Source: a virus
IMG/VR virus record: IMGVR_UViG_3300025112_000005
Coordinates: 1 to 64,000 of that record
Reading direction: 5' to 3' (one strand)
DNA: 64,000 bases
Shown: in pieces, positions 9,554-19,731 of the stretch
Position numbering within the stretch: the stretch's first letter is position 1
Layout: the number at the start of each line of letters is the position of its first letter
The notes under the pieces: generated by a model
What the model was told of the DNA's origin: nothing
The model's input: the letters and a program-made list of their open reading frames with translations, nothing else
Database searches by the model: none
Made by a program: the position numbers and the translations under genes

Positions 9554-11391
9554 GGTCGCACCACGACCGCGCAGAAGCGCGTCAGCACCCCCAGCGCCTC
9601 GCGCGCGCCGTCCAGGTTGGTGGACGCCAGGATCACGTCCGGCAGCTCCACGGCGCCGGTCTCCAGCGCCACACGCAGCTTGGCGGCGGCCTTCGCGTAG
9701 CCGGTGATGCTGAAGTCCTTGACCAGCCCGATGTGCGGCGCCCCCTCCTCCTCTTCGACGGCGGCGTAGAACGGCGCCATCACGTCGGACAGGTGCGTAT
9801 ACGGGATCGACTCGGTGGGGACCGTGCCGACCAGCACGAGCGTGCGCGCCCCGATCCAGCTCGCCACGGTGTGGTTCACCACGCTCGGCTTCACGACGCC
9901 CGCATGGCGCTGGGCGTCGCGGGTCGCGGGACCCCCGCTCCCGGCGTCCAGGGTGGGCTCGGACGCCGGGGCGGGGTCGCAGGACGGCGCGCTGTGCGCG
10001 GCGCCCTCGGCGGGGGGCTGGGCGGAGCCCTCCGCGTTCGGTGCGTCCCAGGGGCCTCGCTCCTCCAGCTTGACGCTGAGGGTGAGGCAGTCGGCCTTGT
10101 AGTCAGTCGCACATGCTCGGCCAGCGCCCACCTTGCCGTACGGCTCGGCCAGCTTCAACTTCGTCATCAGCCACGTGCGCGCCTCGGTCGCCTGCCCCTT
10201 GCGCAGCGTCGAGCACAGCCCCCCCGCGTGGGGGCACCCCTCGGGCAGCCGCACGGCGCGTCGGCTCGCGGGCGGGAGCGTAGCCGTCTGGTCCGCGGGC
10301 ACGCCGTCGGGTGGGTTCATGCCGTCGCGCAGCGGGTCGTGCTCGACCGCGGTCTGGTCCGTGCCGTTGACGGGCGCGGCGGTCAGTTCGCGCAGGTACG
10401 CCATGCGCCCGTCCGCCAGCTCGGCGGCGTCGTCGCCCACGAAGCTCTTGATGGTGCTCACCCCGTTGAGGAGCACCACGCGGTCGCCGATGGCGTAGGT
10501 GATGTCCGGCTCGGGCTGCGCGGGCGTCGCCTGGGACTTCGCGGCTTGCGCCTTCATCTTCTCGCGGAACGCCGCGACCGGATCGGGCGCCGCGGGCGTG
10601 GCCGGCTTCTTCTTGTTCAGCCGCGCCAGGAGGGGGTTGGGGGGCATGTCGGATCCTCTCTTCGTCTTCTTGGTAGCCCACGCAGGGGGCGGTCCTACCA
10701 CAGCGCAACGTCCACGGTGGGGGCATCCCCGGTAGTCGTCGCACGCGTCTGTGTTGTCGGGAATTATCGCGGCGTCGACCAGCAGGGCCAGCTTCGCCAT
10801 CACGTGTGTCTTCTCGCCCAGCTCGTCCATGCCGCGGTCGAGCTGGGCGGCGGTGAACGTGCACTCACGTTCCAGGGTGCGCACGGCGCCGCGCGTCCGT
10901 CCGTAGACGTGGCGGAAGCGCAGCCCCTCGGCCTTGAACCCGCGGTGCAGCACCCCGGCGCGTCCGTAACAGAGCGCCTGGGGGTCGTTCAGCAGCTCCT
11001 CCGGCGTGCGTGCGTACTTGAAGTTGGACGTGGTCTTGTAGTCCGTGATCCGGTTCAGCTCGGGCTCCACGGAGTCGACCACGCCCTTGAGCGGGACCGC
11101 CCAGCGGGGGACCAGGATCTTGAAGTCCCACTCCAGGCGGTCAGCGGGCACGCGCTCGGAGCCCACGTGCTCCAAGATGGCGAGCGCCACGGGGTCGGCG
11201 GGCGGCGTGCCGTCGCGGCGCGCGTCTTCGATCTGCTGGTGCACGCGCTTGCCGCGGAGGGTCGCGGGCGTGTCGGGCTGGCGGTGGCCCCGGATCTTCT
11301 CCCACCACCACTTGCGCGCACACCTGCCGTACGTCTTGAGCTGCGACGGACTGACGTGCTCCCACTGCTTGTTGCCGCTGTCGTCGGGCAT
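9550..11391 (-). CDS. Cas4/RecB-like PD-(D/E)XK exonuclease with long C-terminal extension
   Basis: SPSQLKTYGRC, GKRVHQQIE, GVVD...ITDYKT, CDDYRGCPHRGRC Cys cluster; start ATG 11391. Confidence 0.85.
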   Translation of the reverse strand: MPDDSGNKQWEHVSPSQLKTYGRCARKWWWEKIRGHRQPDTPATLRGKRVHQQIEDARRDGTPPADPVALAILEHVGSERVPADRLEWDFKILVPRWAVPLKGVVDSVEPELNRITDYKTTSNFKYARTPEELLNDPQALCYGRAGVLHRGFKAEGLRFRHVYGRTRGAVRTLERECTFTAAQLDRGMDELGEKTHVMAKLALLVDAAIIPDNTDACDDYRGCPHRGRCAVVGPPPAWATKKTKRGSDMPPNPLLARLNKKKPATPAAPDPVAAFREKMKAQAAKSQATPAQPEPDITYAIGDRVVLLNGVSTIKSFVGDDAAELADGRMAYLRELTAAPVNGTDQTAVEHDPLRDGMNPPDGVPADQTATLPPASRRAVRLPEGCPHAGGLCSTLRKGQATEARTWLMTKLKLAEPYGKVGAGRACATDYKADCLTLSVKLEERGPWDAPNAEGSAQPPAEGAAHSAPSCDPAPASEPTLDAGSGGPATRDAQRHAGVVKPSVVNHTVASWIGARTLVLVGTVPTESIPYTHLSDVMAPFYAAVEEEEGAPHIGLVKDFSITGYAKAAAKLRVALETGAVELPDVILASTNLDGAREALGVLTRFCAVVVRP

Positions 11392-12434
11392 CAGGTGCCC
11401 ACCCAGGTCAGCACGGTCTTGCGCCCGCGCCCGTCGGCGGTGCGTCCGCTGATCTTGATCAGCCCCGCGTCGTCGGCCAGTCCCATGAGCCGCTGCGCGG
11501 ACTGGTCGGGCATCCCCAGCGCCTCCAGGTCGCTGAGCTTGAACGGCTCCCCCGACGCTGCCAGCTCCTCCACCAACCGCATCCGGTCCACCGTCCGCGA
11601 CTGGACCCGACCGGGTAGAGCTGCACGCCAGCGCTCCCCCAGCACGCCCACGTCGCGCGATGTGGGCAGCGGCATCAGGTCGTCGGGGAAGTCGATGCGG
11701 AGGAGCTGGCAGGCGGCGCGGATATCCTTGATCGCCTGCGAAGCCGATCCGCGGCACTCATCCCGCGACGCGGCGCGCTTCGCGCGGAGCACCTCCAACC
11801 CCTCCTCCGCCGTGCGGAGCTGGTGCACCAGCTTCTCGACCACGCGCGCGCCTTCGTCGATCTGGCCCTCCAGCTTGGGGTCCGTCATCAGTTCCAGCGC
11901 CAGCTCGTACGTCGACCGCGCGTCAACCAGCATGGTCTCCAGGGGGTTCTCGGGCTTCTCCGGCGCCGCTGGCTGCGCGGGCGGCTGCGTCTGCGTCTTC
12001 GTTCCACGTCGCTTGCGTCCCACCTGATCCTCCTCTTCGGGCTCCTCTGACAACTGCGGACCGCACGCGAACTTCCGCGGCGGCTCGATGTCTCGCACCG
12101 TGTACACCTGGGGCTCGCCCAGCCCCGGCAACGGTTTTGTGATCACGGTCTTCACTTCGCCCGTGTCAGGGTCGGTGATCACGATGTCCGCGTTGGGCGG
12201 CATCGCGTGCGCTTGGCTCTCGATCAGCGCTTGGTTGATCTTGCGAATGTTCTCGTATCCCAGGCGGCGGCCGTGCCCCCTGCCGGGCGTCTGCGTCCGC
12301 GCGCCGCTGGGGTGCTTCCACAACAACCCGTGCTTCGTGCGCCGGCTCGTGAACCCGAAGCGGCGCAGCATGTTCTCCGCGTCCCCAGGCGTCACGTTGG
12401 ACGACTTCTCAGGCAGTACCTTTGCGGCGCTCAC
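11391..12434 (-). CDS. HicA-like N-terminal domain fused to coiled coil and C-terminal wHTH-like region
   Basis: MLRRFGFTSRRTKHGLLWKHPSGARTQTP..H..LGYENIRKI resembles the HicA pattern. Confidence 0.5.
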   Translation of the reverse strand: MSAAKVLPEKSSNVTPGDAENMLRRFGFTSRRTKHGLLWKHPSGARTQTPGRGHGRRLGYENIRKINQALIESQAHAMPPNADIVITDPDTGEVKTVITKPLPGLGEPQVYTVRDIEPPRKFACGPQLSEEPEEEDQVGRKRRGTKTQTQPPAQPAAPEKPENPLETMLVDARSTYELALELMTDPKLEGQIDEGARVVEKLVHQLRTAEEGLEVLRAKRAASRDECRGSASQAIKDIRAACQLLRIDFPDDLMPLPTSRDVGVLGERWRAALPGRVQSRTVDRMRLVEELAASGEPFKLSDLEALGMPDQSAQRLMGLADDAGLIKISGRTADGRGRKTVLTWVGT

Positions 12435-12874
12435 GGTTCAATTCCCTCCAGCTCCTCCGTGGGGAGCGAGTCCAGGTGGTCAGGAGCCACGCCCAGCACG
12501 AGCGCCAACGCGTCGCGGTACGCCATCAGGCGCCGCGCGTGTTCCTCCAACCCGTCCATGTCCCCGGGGGTGCCGAACATCTTGAGCACGTCGTCCCACA
12601 GGTCGAACACGTCGGGCTCCAGGTTGTGCGCCTCCAACACAGACGCCAGCACGGCGTCCGCGTACGTGGGCAGCTCGGGCGTGAGCGTGTACGTGTTGGA
12701 CAGCAGCCGGCCCGTGCGGGCGTCGGCTTCCACCGTCTCCACGTACCGCTCGATTTCGAGCAGGTCGTCCGCCGCCAGCTTCAGCCCCTCGCGGTCGTAC
12801 GCGATGGCGGTCTGCCGCAGCCAGTCCGCTAGGCTGTGGAAGTCCGTCAAGGCGGTGGGAAGCGTGTGCTTCAT
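12431..12874 (-). CDS. Hypothetical protein
   Basis: 147 aa ORF with overlapping start/stop junctions on both sides. Confidence 0.6.
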   Translation of the reverse strand: MKHTLPTALTDFHSLADWLRQTAIAYDREGLKLAADDLLEIERYVETVEADARTGRLLSNTYTLTPELPTYADAVLASVLEAHNLEPDVFDLWDDVLKMFGTPGDMDGLEEHARRLMAYRDALALVLGVAPDHLDSLPTEELEGIEP

Positions 12875-13126
12875 GGGAGAGCCAGCTCAACCCATCGCAC
12901 TGCCATCGTATCCCCGGCGACGTTTCTAACTACAACTTCGTCCGGGTTCCCCGCGGCGTAAGGGCCGACAACCTTAAGGTCCCCGCCCCACTTATCCGCC
13001 AGCTGAGGGTACCACCCAAGGATCCTTTGCCCTAGACGTACGGGCCCTAGACGTACGGTCAATCCGGTGCGGCTATCAATGGTCATGTTTTCCTCCGTCC
13101 GTCGGCGAGCGTGTCGCGCAGCTGCA

Positions 13127-13339
13127 TCAGCGCGCGGAGGCGACGTCGCCGCGCCGCTCCAGTTCGAGGTCGATCTCCTCTTCGTCGACGCCGTGCTTCG
13201 CCTCGATGGCGGCGTACAAGGCTCGCCGCGCCTTGTCGTAAGCCGGGAAGTCCCGGGCGCGGAGCGCCTGGGACTTGGCGGAGAACAGCCGGTGGCTGAC
13301 GGCGTCTAGGTCGGCCACGAGCAGGTCCCAGTCGGTCAT
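13127..13339 (-). CDS. Hypothetical protein
   Basis: ATG 13339 with GGAGG RBS, downstream of a TTGACCAAATA motif. Confidence 0.55.
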   Translation of the reverse strand: MTDWDLLVADLDAVSHRLFSAKSQALRARDFPAYDKARRALYAAIEAKHGVDEEEIDLELERRGDVASAR

Positions 13340-13402
13340 CTCGTCCTCCTTCGTTCGCTCAAGGGGGCACTGTCCCACAGCAGACACACCCTATGCAACG
13401 TT

Positions 13403-13414
13403 TATTTGGTCAAG
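13403..13414 (-). promoter_or_regulatory. TTGACCAnnTA motif, copy 3
   Basis: CTTGACCAAATA on the minus strand, intergenic, matches 2941-2952. Confidence 0.6.
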
Positions 13415-13440
13415 TTGTCGGGGACCGCGCCGCGTCTTGC

Positions 13441-13530
13441 GCTGCGGTCCCCGACACTCGGCGCTTAGGCCGCTTGACGTAGCCCGCTGCGGTCCCCGAC
13501 ACTCGGCGCTTAGGCCGCTTGACGTAGCCC
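13441..13530. repeat. Perfect 45-bp tandem duplication
   Basis: gctgcggtccccgacactcggcgcttaggccgcttgacgtagccc x2, covering the DUF932 stop codon. Confidence 0.95.
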
Positions 13531-14250
13531 TGCCTCGGCCAGCAGGAAGCGGTGCACCTTGGCGTAGCGGGCCAGCTCCATCTCCCCGTGCTTGAGCCCC
13601 TGGGTGAACGCGTTGTAGAGCGCCCAGCCGTTGCGCGTCTGGTGCGCCTCGTGGCGGGGCTCGCGCCACGCGCGCATCGCCTCGTTGGTCTGGGTCGGGG
13701 TGGTGATGCGGTGGCCCAGCGCGCGGCCCATGACCCCGTAGCCGTCGTCCAGGCTGCACGCCTTCGCGGTCAGCGCGGCCACGTCGCGGTCGAGCGCGGC
13801 GGCTTCCACGCGGCTCTTGGCCAGCGCCTTGGCGACGCGCTCGCCGAATTCCACCAGCGCGTTGCCGGTGTGGCGGCGCATGAAGGTGGCGTCTCGCCCG
13901 CTGAACATCATGTTAGAGCACACCATGACGGTCTGCCCGGTCGCGATGCCGATGCTGGTGCTCTTGTCGTAGCTGTTGCGGAAGCCCAGCGTGATCACGC
14001 GCCCCTCCACGGTGTGGATGTACCGGGCGGTTCCGAACATGCGCCGGCCATTCTTGGCCAGGATCAGGCCCACGAACTCGTCGTCCGCGGGCCTGAGCCC
14101 GGCGCAACGGGCGCGGTTGAGCACCACGTCCAGCACGTCGGTATGTGCGACGGGGGTGTAGGTCGCGGTGCGGGGCGGGGCGGGGTATTTCACCAGCTCC
14201 GCGGGGGAGACCATCCGGTCGTCGTGGTCGTGGCTCATCGGATCGCTCAT
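13510..14250 (-). CDS. DUF932-family protein
   Basis: TYTPVAH, RMFG, GFRNSYDKS, VMVCSNMMF, RRHTG, NGWALYNAFT. Confidence 0.8.
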   Translation of the reverse strand: MSDPMSHDHDDRMVSPAELVKYPAPPRTATYTPVAHTDVLDVVLNRARCAGLRPADDEFVGLILAKNGRRMFGTARYIHTVEGRVITLGFRNSYDKSTSIGIATGQTVMVCSNMMFSGRDATFMRRHTGNALVEFGERVAKALAKSRVEAAALDRDVAALTAKACSLDDGYGVMGRALGHRITTPTQTNEAMRAWREPRHEAHQTRNGWALYNAFTQGLKHGEMELARYAKVHRFLLAEAGLRQAA

Positions 14251-15664
14251 CTTCTCGTCTCCTTGGGCTCGCAGCCCGTTGCAAATTTCACCAGCTCGAA
14301 GGCACCGGATCGGGGGCCAAGGCCCACGGTCCACTCAGTCACCAGCCACGCACCCGCGGGGGTCACGCGGATGATCCTCGTAGGGACACCAAAGCCGGCG
14401 CGTAGGGCACGGCGTCGGGCGTCTTCATTCATCGCGGCGTGAACCGTCCGCCGCCGCTGTGCTGCCACTCGGCCAGCTTCCAGCAGCGCGCGCAGATGTC
14501 CTTGCGCCGTGCACTCGTCGTCGCACCCGCCAGTCGGCTCGGAACCTGCCCGCATGGCGCTGGGACGGGTCCGCAGTCACCGGGAATGCCGTGTACGTGG
14601 TACTTGCGTCCCTTCAGGGTCTTCAGCAGCACGCGCACGGGCTCGATGTCCGGTTCATGTCCGTCGATGTCCGGTTCATGTCCGCCCGTCCGCGCGGGCG
14701 CGGGTGGCGGCTGTGTGGGCTTAGGGTCGGTGGCGGTGAACCGGGCGGTGCGCCCGGCCAGGAGCAGCGAGCGGTCCCCCACGACCCGGATCTGGAGCTT
14801 CACGTCACCGTGGAGCAGCAGATCGGCCAGCAGCCGGCGCGCAGCGTCGCGGTTGTCGTACTCCAGCTCGCAGATCGTCTGTGCATCCACGCCCTGGTAC
14901 TCCTCGGGCACGTCCAGCACCGCGACCCCGATCAGGTGCAGCTCCACAGGCGCTCGTCCCAGCTTGCTCACAGCTCGCCCCACGCGGGGTGCCGCAGCAG
15001 CTCCATGTAGAGCCGGCCGCGCGTGTGGCGGGGCGCCTGGGCCAGCTCGCGCAGCGCGTCGAGCGCTGCGGCACAGTCGTCTGCTCGGCGATCGTGCGCG
15101 AGAAGGCGTCCGCACGCGGTGACCCCCAGCTCACACGCCTGCTCCAACAGGTCGAGCACCGCGGCGAAATCCACCATGTTGGCCTTGCCCATATCGCGAA
15201 TGACCGCGAGCCCGTGCACAACCTCCTCGGGCGTGCCCGAAGCTTCAAACAGCTCGTCCAGCGTCGTCATCGTCGGCGCACCTTTCGTTCGCGCGCCTCG
15301 CGGCGCTTGCGTGCCCACAGGGGCTCAAAATCGTCTTCGTCGGCGCAGGCACAACACCCGCCGTCCGACGGGTGGTAGACGTGCCCACGGGGGCACCGTC
15401 GGGTGAGCGTGTGCCAGTCGTCGGGCGTGCTCATCAGCCCGGCTCCACTACGCGGAAGTCCCCGCGGTCGAGGTGGCGGCTGGCGCGGTCCCCGCACGTG
15501 CCGAACAGGGCCAGCAGCGCCCCGGGAACGCGGCGCCGGTGCCTTCGCACGTCAGCGACGGCTTCGGAGTCTCGCTCGCAGAGCTGCACCACGTAGCCGA
15601 CCCAGCCCTTGTACGCGCCCTCTATGACCACTACGGCGTCGCCCGCGCTGGGCGCGTGCGTGCT

Positions 15665-15778
15665 CTCCAGCTCCTCCAACGCGCGGTCCGCATCGGCGGA
15701 CGCCTGCTGTGCGACCAGCACCTCCAGCTCCTCCAACGCGCGGTCCGCATCGGCGGACGCCTGCTGTGCGACCAGCAC
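15665..15778. repeat. Perfect 57-bp in-frame tandem duplication
   Basis: Encodes VLVAQQASADADRALEELE twice in the minus-strand ORF ending at 15434. Confidence 0.95.
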
Positions 15779-16029
15779 TTCGTCGCGGTCGTTCGCGCAC
15801 TCGGCGTCTCGCTGCCACTCCGCCGCGTCGGCGGCGTGCTCACGGGCTTCGCGGACGAGCGCGCGGTACTCGGGGTCGTCGCGCAGCGTCCCGTGACGCG
15901 GTGTCAGGTAGGCGTCCAGCGCGTCAACCACGTCGCGGGTGCGCACGCGGGCCGCGTTGTAGCCGTCGCGCAGCGCGGCGCCTTTGAGCGCCAACACCAG
16001 CGCGTCGATCAGGTCGCGTCGTGCGTCGC

Positions 16030-16425
16030 TCACAGCAACCGCCCCTGCCCCGCGGGCTTCAGCTCCAGCGCGAAGTGCGCGCGGTCGGCGTCGGTCGGGT
16101 TGTCGGCGCGCAGCGCGATCCAGCGGCGCATGTACTCGGCGACCTTGCCGCGGTTGTCGGGCGTGATGCCCAGCTCGGCCGCCTGGGCGTGGCCCGGCTC
16201 GCCGTCGAGCATGTCGGTCAGCGCCAGCACGTCGCGGGCGGCGCGCATCGTCAGCTCCGCGTGCAGCACGCCCAGTTCGGGCTTCTCGTTGCGCAGGGCG
16301 CCAGCCATCAGGCTGGCGCGCTGCTGGGGGTGCTCGGCGCCCGTGAGCATCAGCAGCAACTCGGCGCGCGGGCGGCGCGCGAGGCGCCACGTCACCAGGG
16401 AATCAAGGGCGCTCACTGTGCCCAC
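16030..16425 (-). CDS. Hypothetical early protein
   Basis: 131 aa ORF within the leftward gene run. Confidence 0.5.
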   Translation of the reverse strand: MGTVSALDSLVTWRLARRPRAELLLMLTGAEHPQQRASLMAGALRNEKPELGVLHAELTMRAARDVLALTDMLDGEPGHAQAAELGITPDNRGKVAEYMRRWIALRADNPTDADRAHFALELKPAGQGRLL

Positions 16426-16701
16426 CCGCTCTCCGCGCGGCGGGTCACGCGGTCGGCGTAGCGGTCGAACGCCTCATCCTCGAAGTATTCGTCCGCGATG
16501 ACCGCCGCCCACTCTGGGAGGTCGTCGTAGTCGAGCGGGTCCGTCGTGCGCAGGGTCTCGTCGTAGAAGACGATGTGGACGCTGCCGTCCGCGCTCTCCA
16601 CCACGTCATCGATGCTGGTTGACGCGCGGTCGAGCCCGCCCAGTTGGCGCTCGGCGTCTTCGTTGGCGTCGGGGGTGTCTTCGTGGATCCAATCGCTCAT
16701 C

Positions 16702-16958
16702 GTGCTGCTCTTTCCGGGGCGCCGTTTTGCGACCCACGGAGACCATCCCAGACCTTGACCAAGTAACGCAACCCCTTTTCTCACAGCGGGGATTAGCTTT
16801 TAGTAAAAACGCTTGTACCACGGGGGTTTAGGCCCGTATGTTCGGGGTCGATTCCGGTTAAAGCCCGTAGCTCAAAGGGGAAAACCCAAGCCCACGGGCA
16901 CTAACCAAGGCCAGCAAGGAACGGGCGCGGGGCGAAAACGCGCTCTCAGGGAGGGACC
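16702..16958. promoter_or_regulatory. Divergent control region between leftward and rightward transcription units
   Basis: Gene orientation switches here; AT-richer; TTGACCAAGTA at 16755-16765; TTGTAC...TATGTT sigma70-like pair near 16813-16842. Confidence 0.65.
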
Positions 16959-17249
16959 TTGACGATTCAGCAGTATCTCGACGTGCGCGGCTTGTCTAAC
17001 GAGCGCCTCGGGAAACAGGTCGGCGCGACGCGGCAGACGGTCGCCCGTTGGCTACGCACGGGGGCGGTAGAGCGGCGGTGGTGGTCGTCCCTGGAAGCGC
17101 TCGGCATCACGCGGTTCGCTCGGCTCTACCGCGTCTCTCTGATCATGCCCGCGGACGTGACGCACGCGGCGACGGGGATGGACCCCGAAGAGGCGCTCCA
17201 CGTCGAGGTAGGCGGGTGGGGCCAGCTCGTGTTCGGGGGTCAGTCTTGA
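16959..17249 (+). CDS. Cro/XRE-like HTH transcriptional regulator
   Basis: YLDVRGLSNERLGKQVGATRQTVARW HTH pattern; GGAGG RBS; first gene of the rightward unit. Confidence 0.75.
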   Translation: MTIQQYLDVRGLSNERLGKQVGATRQTVARWLRTGAVERRWWSSLEALGITRFARLYRVSLIMPADVTHAATGMDPEEALHVEVGGWGQLVFGGQS

Positions 17250-19402
17250 TTCTCGGGCAGGTGTGGCCCCAGGCACGTGTGTTGGGGTGGAGCGAAGACG
17301 AGCCCGCGGGCGCAGCATACGAGACGGTGACCACGGACGCGCTCCGACGCATCTACGACACGGACGCGCACTTCGTCCCGTACTGGCTGGAGGGCGCGGC
17401 GGCGTGCCCCCGGCTGCTCAAGGACGTGGCCAAGGACCCCACGTACCCGATCCGGTTGCAGGTGATCCCGCTCGACTGCGAGCCCGAAGGCCACCCCGAC
17501 GAGCTGCCCCCGGGCTGGCGCGAGAAGTTCCGCGCCGTCGCCGACGAGCTGGGCTTCGCGTGGTACGACACCCGCGGCGGCGGGCGGATGCTCCTCGCCA
17601 CGCCGGATCCCGTCACCATCCAGCAGTTCGAGGTCATCCAGCGGCGCGCGGCGGCAATGGTCGATGCCGCGGGCTCCCGGGTCGACCCCGCAACGCTCGG
17701 CCAATGGTCCCGCTGCTACCGCCTGCCGTTCGTCAACCGCGGCGGCGAGCCCCAGCGGCTCCGCTCGGGCGGGCTCGACGCCATCCCCCGCATCGAGCTG
17801 GACGCGCTGCCCAGCGCGCTCGGGCTGGAGGGCATGTTCGACGGCATCGCGGACGCGCGGCTGCCCCTGGAAGCGCTGGGCGCACAGGGCGAAGGCCGGC
17901 GCAACGACTTTCTCGTACGCGTCGCGGGCCAGCTGCGCGGGCGCGGGCTCGGCGGCACGGCGCTGCTGGAGGAGCTGCAAACCCGGAATGAGGCGCAGTG
18001 CGATCCGCCCCTGCCACACCGCGAAGTCGCAGCCATCGCGCGCAGCGCGGAGCGCTGGGAAGCAGGCGCGCGCGCAGAGCCGGAAGCGGTGGCGGACGAC
18101 CGACCGCTGGCGCTGGGGGACCACGTCGAGGTTGCACGGCGCCTGCTGGCGGAGCTGCCCGACGACACCGTGGGCGACCGCGGGATGCTCTGGGCATACT
18201 CGGCGGCGCTGGGGCTCTACGAGTCGAGCGATGGCGAGGAGCTGGCGCGGCGCGCGGCGCGGTTCTCCGGCTTCCCCATCCGTGCCGGGGTCGACCGCGA
18301 CGGCAACGACCGATTCACCAACCTGAAGCTGCGGGACAACGACTGCAAGGGCGTCGCAGGGGTCATGCTGCGCGAACACCGGACCCCCGGCTACTTCGAC
18401 CACGAGGAGCCCGGGGTGGTCTTCGCCGACGGCTTCGTGGGCCAGGAGGGCACCCTGCGGCCCCACGACGCCGCGCACCGGGCGACGGTAGCCGTTCCCT
18501 TCGAGTTTCAGCCGGGGGCGACGCCTGGGGCCTTCCTGCGCTACCTGGGCGAAGTCTTCGAACCCCTGCCCGACGTGGGCGACATGATCCAGCTCGTGCG
18601 GGAGATCATCGGCACCTACGCGATGGGCCTCGCCACCCGCTTCCAGCAGGCGTTCATCCTGCTGGGCGGCGGGGCCAACGGGAAGTCCGTGCTGCTGGAC
18701 GTGGTGCGCTCGCTCTTCGACCGGAAGACCGTCACAGCCATCAGCCCCCAGGAGTGGGGCGACGAGTACCGGCGCGCTCGGCTGGCGGGGTCCCGGGTCA
18801 ACCTCGTGTCGGAGCTGCCCGAAGTCGAGATGATGAGCAGCGAGAAGGTCAAGGGCATCATCAGCGGGGACGTGACCGAGGCGCGTGCGATCTACGGCGC
18901 CCCGTTCGACTTCACCCCGCGCGCGGGCCACCTGTTCAGCGCTAACGCGTTGCCGGGCGTCCGCGACCATTCACACGGCTTCTGGCGCCGCTGGAAGGTG
19001 CTACCGTTCCCCCGCGTCTTCGCGGAGCACGAGCAGGACCGCACGCTGACCCAGCGGCTCATCGAGACCCAGCGCGGGCTCATCATGTCGTGGGCTGTAG
19101 AGGCGGTGCCCGGGGTGCTCGCCCGCGGGGGGTATGTGAAGCCTGGGAGCTGTGATCGCATCACCCGTGACTGGCGAAGCCGGGCAGATCAGGTCGCCTG
19201 CTTCATGGACGAAGACGACGCCGTGGCGGGTGAATCATGGCGCATCGGCGCTAGCCAGCTCTACAACCGATACGTGGAATGGGCCAAGCTGAACGGCTAC
19301 CGAAACCAGCTCTCCGGTAGGGTGTTCGGGGAGCGCGTCAAGACGATCCCAGGCGTGGGGACCAACAAGGTCAAAGGCGTGCGTTGGTATTTTGCGGTGT
19401 AA
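17246..19402 (+). CDS. Primase-helicase (AEP-like N-terminus, PriCT-1, D5/P4-type SF3 helicase)
   Basis: EGRRNDFL...CDPPLPHREV (PriCT-1); GGGANGKS Walker A; VSELPE; FSANALP; HGFWRRW; TTG start overlaps the upstream stop. Confidence 0.92.
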   Translation: MILGQVWPQARVLGWSEDEPAGAAYETVTTDALRRIYDTDAHFVPYWLEGAAACPRLLKDVAKDPTYPIRLQVIPLDCEPEGHPDELPPGWREKFRAVADELGFAWYDTRGGGRMLLATPDPVTIQQFEVIQRRAAAMVDAAGSRVDPATLGQWSRCYRLPFVNRGGEPQRLRSGGLDAIPRIELDALPSALGLEGMFDGIADARLPLEALGAQGEGRRNDFLVRVAGQLRGRGLGGTALLEELQTRNEAQCDPPLPHREVAAIARSAERWEAGARAEPEAVADDRPLALGDHVEVARRLLAELPDDTVGDRGMLWAYSAALGLYESSDGEELARRAARFSGFPIRAGVDRDGNDRFTNLKLRDNDCKGVAGVMLREHRTPGYFDHEEPGVVFADGFVGQEGTLRPHDAAHRATVAVPFEFQPGATPGAFLRYLGEVFEPLPDVGDMIQLVREIIGTYAMGLATRFQQAFILLGGGANGKSVLLDVVRSLFDRKTVTAISPQEWGDEYRRARLAGSRVNLVSELPEVEMMSSEKVKGIISGDVTEARAIYGAPFDFTPRAGHLFSANALPGVRDHSHGFWRRWKVLPFPRVFAEHEQDRTLTQRLIETQRGLIMSWAVEAVPGVLARGGYVKPGSCDRITRDWRSRADQVACFMDEDDAVAGESWRIGASQLYNRYVEWAKLNGYRNQLSGRVFGERVKTIPGVGTNKVKGVRWYFAV

Positions 19403-19454
19403 TCAATTGCTCTAGGGAGGGAAGTACACCGGCCATGTTAGAAATGTGCGTAAT

Positions 19455-19720
19455 CGGGGTAGCGGGTGGTAGCGGTTGGGTAGCGGGTAAAGCACTTTAC
19501 CCGCTACCCACTTTCTCCAATCACCGCGGGGCTTTACAGAAAAGCTGGCGGAAGTAGCGGTTGAGGCTCTGGGAGTCTATATACGCATATGTATAGGGAC
19601 TCCCAAGCGTTTTCCCGCTACTACCGCTACCCTTGTGCTATACTGCCGGAAACATGGGGTTTTTGGGACGTTTTCAGGACACCCACCCGCTACCTAGCGG
19701 GGGTTCACCCGCTACCAGGG
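19455..19720. other. Putative replication origin (iterons, palindromes, AT core)
   Basis: About 10 GTAGCGG/CCGCTAC copies in both orientations; perfect 16-bp inverted repeat 19477-19492/19495-19510; GGGAGTC-(AT-rich)-GACTCCC at about 19571-19604; directly after the primase gene. Confidence 0.7.
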
Positions 19721-19731
19721 AGGTTAAAGCC

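Noticed and set aside
3684-12027. Long plus-strand ORFs (e.g. 3684..5498, 9373..12027) opposite the replication genes
   Set aside because: Antisense shadow frames typical of high-GC DNA; the minus-strand frames carry the recognisable motifs
13441-13530. Tandem repeats plus a Cas4-like gene as a possible CRISPR locus
   Set aside because: Only two adjacent copies with no spacers; no cas1/cas2; Cas4-like nucleases are common stand-alone phage genes
16863-16935. tRNA-like start GCCCGTAGCTCAA
   Set aside because: No T-loop GTTCRA or cloverleaf follows
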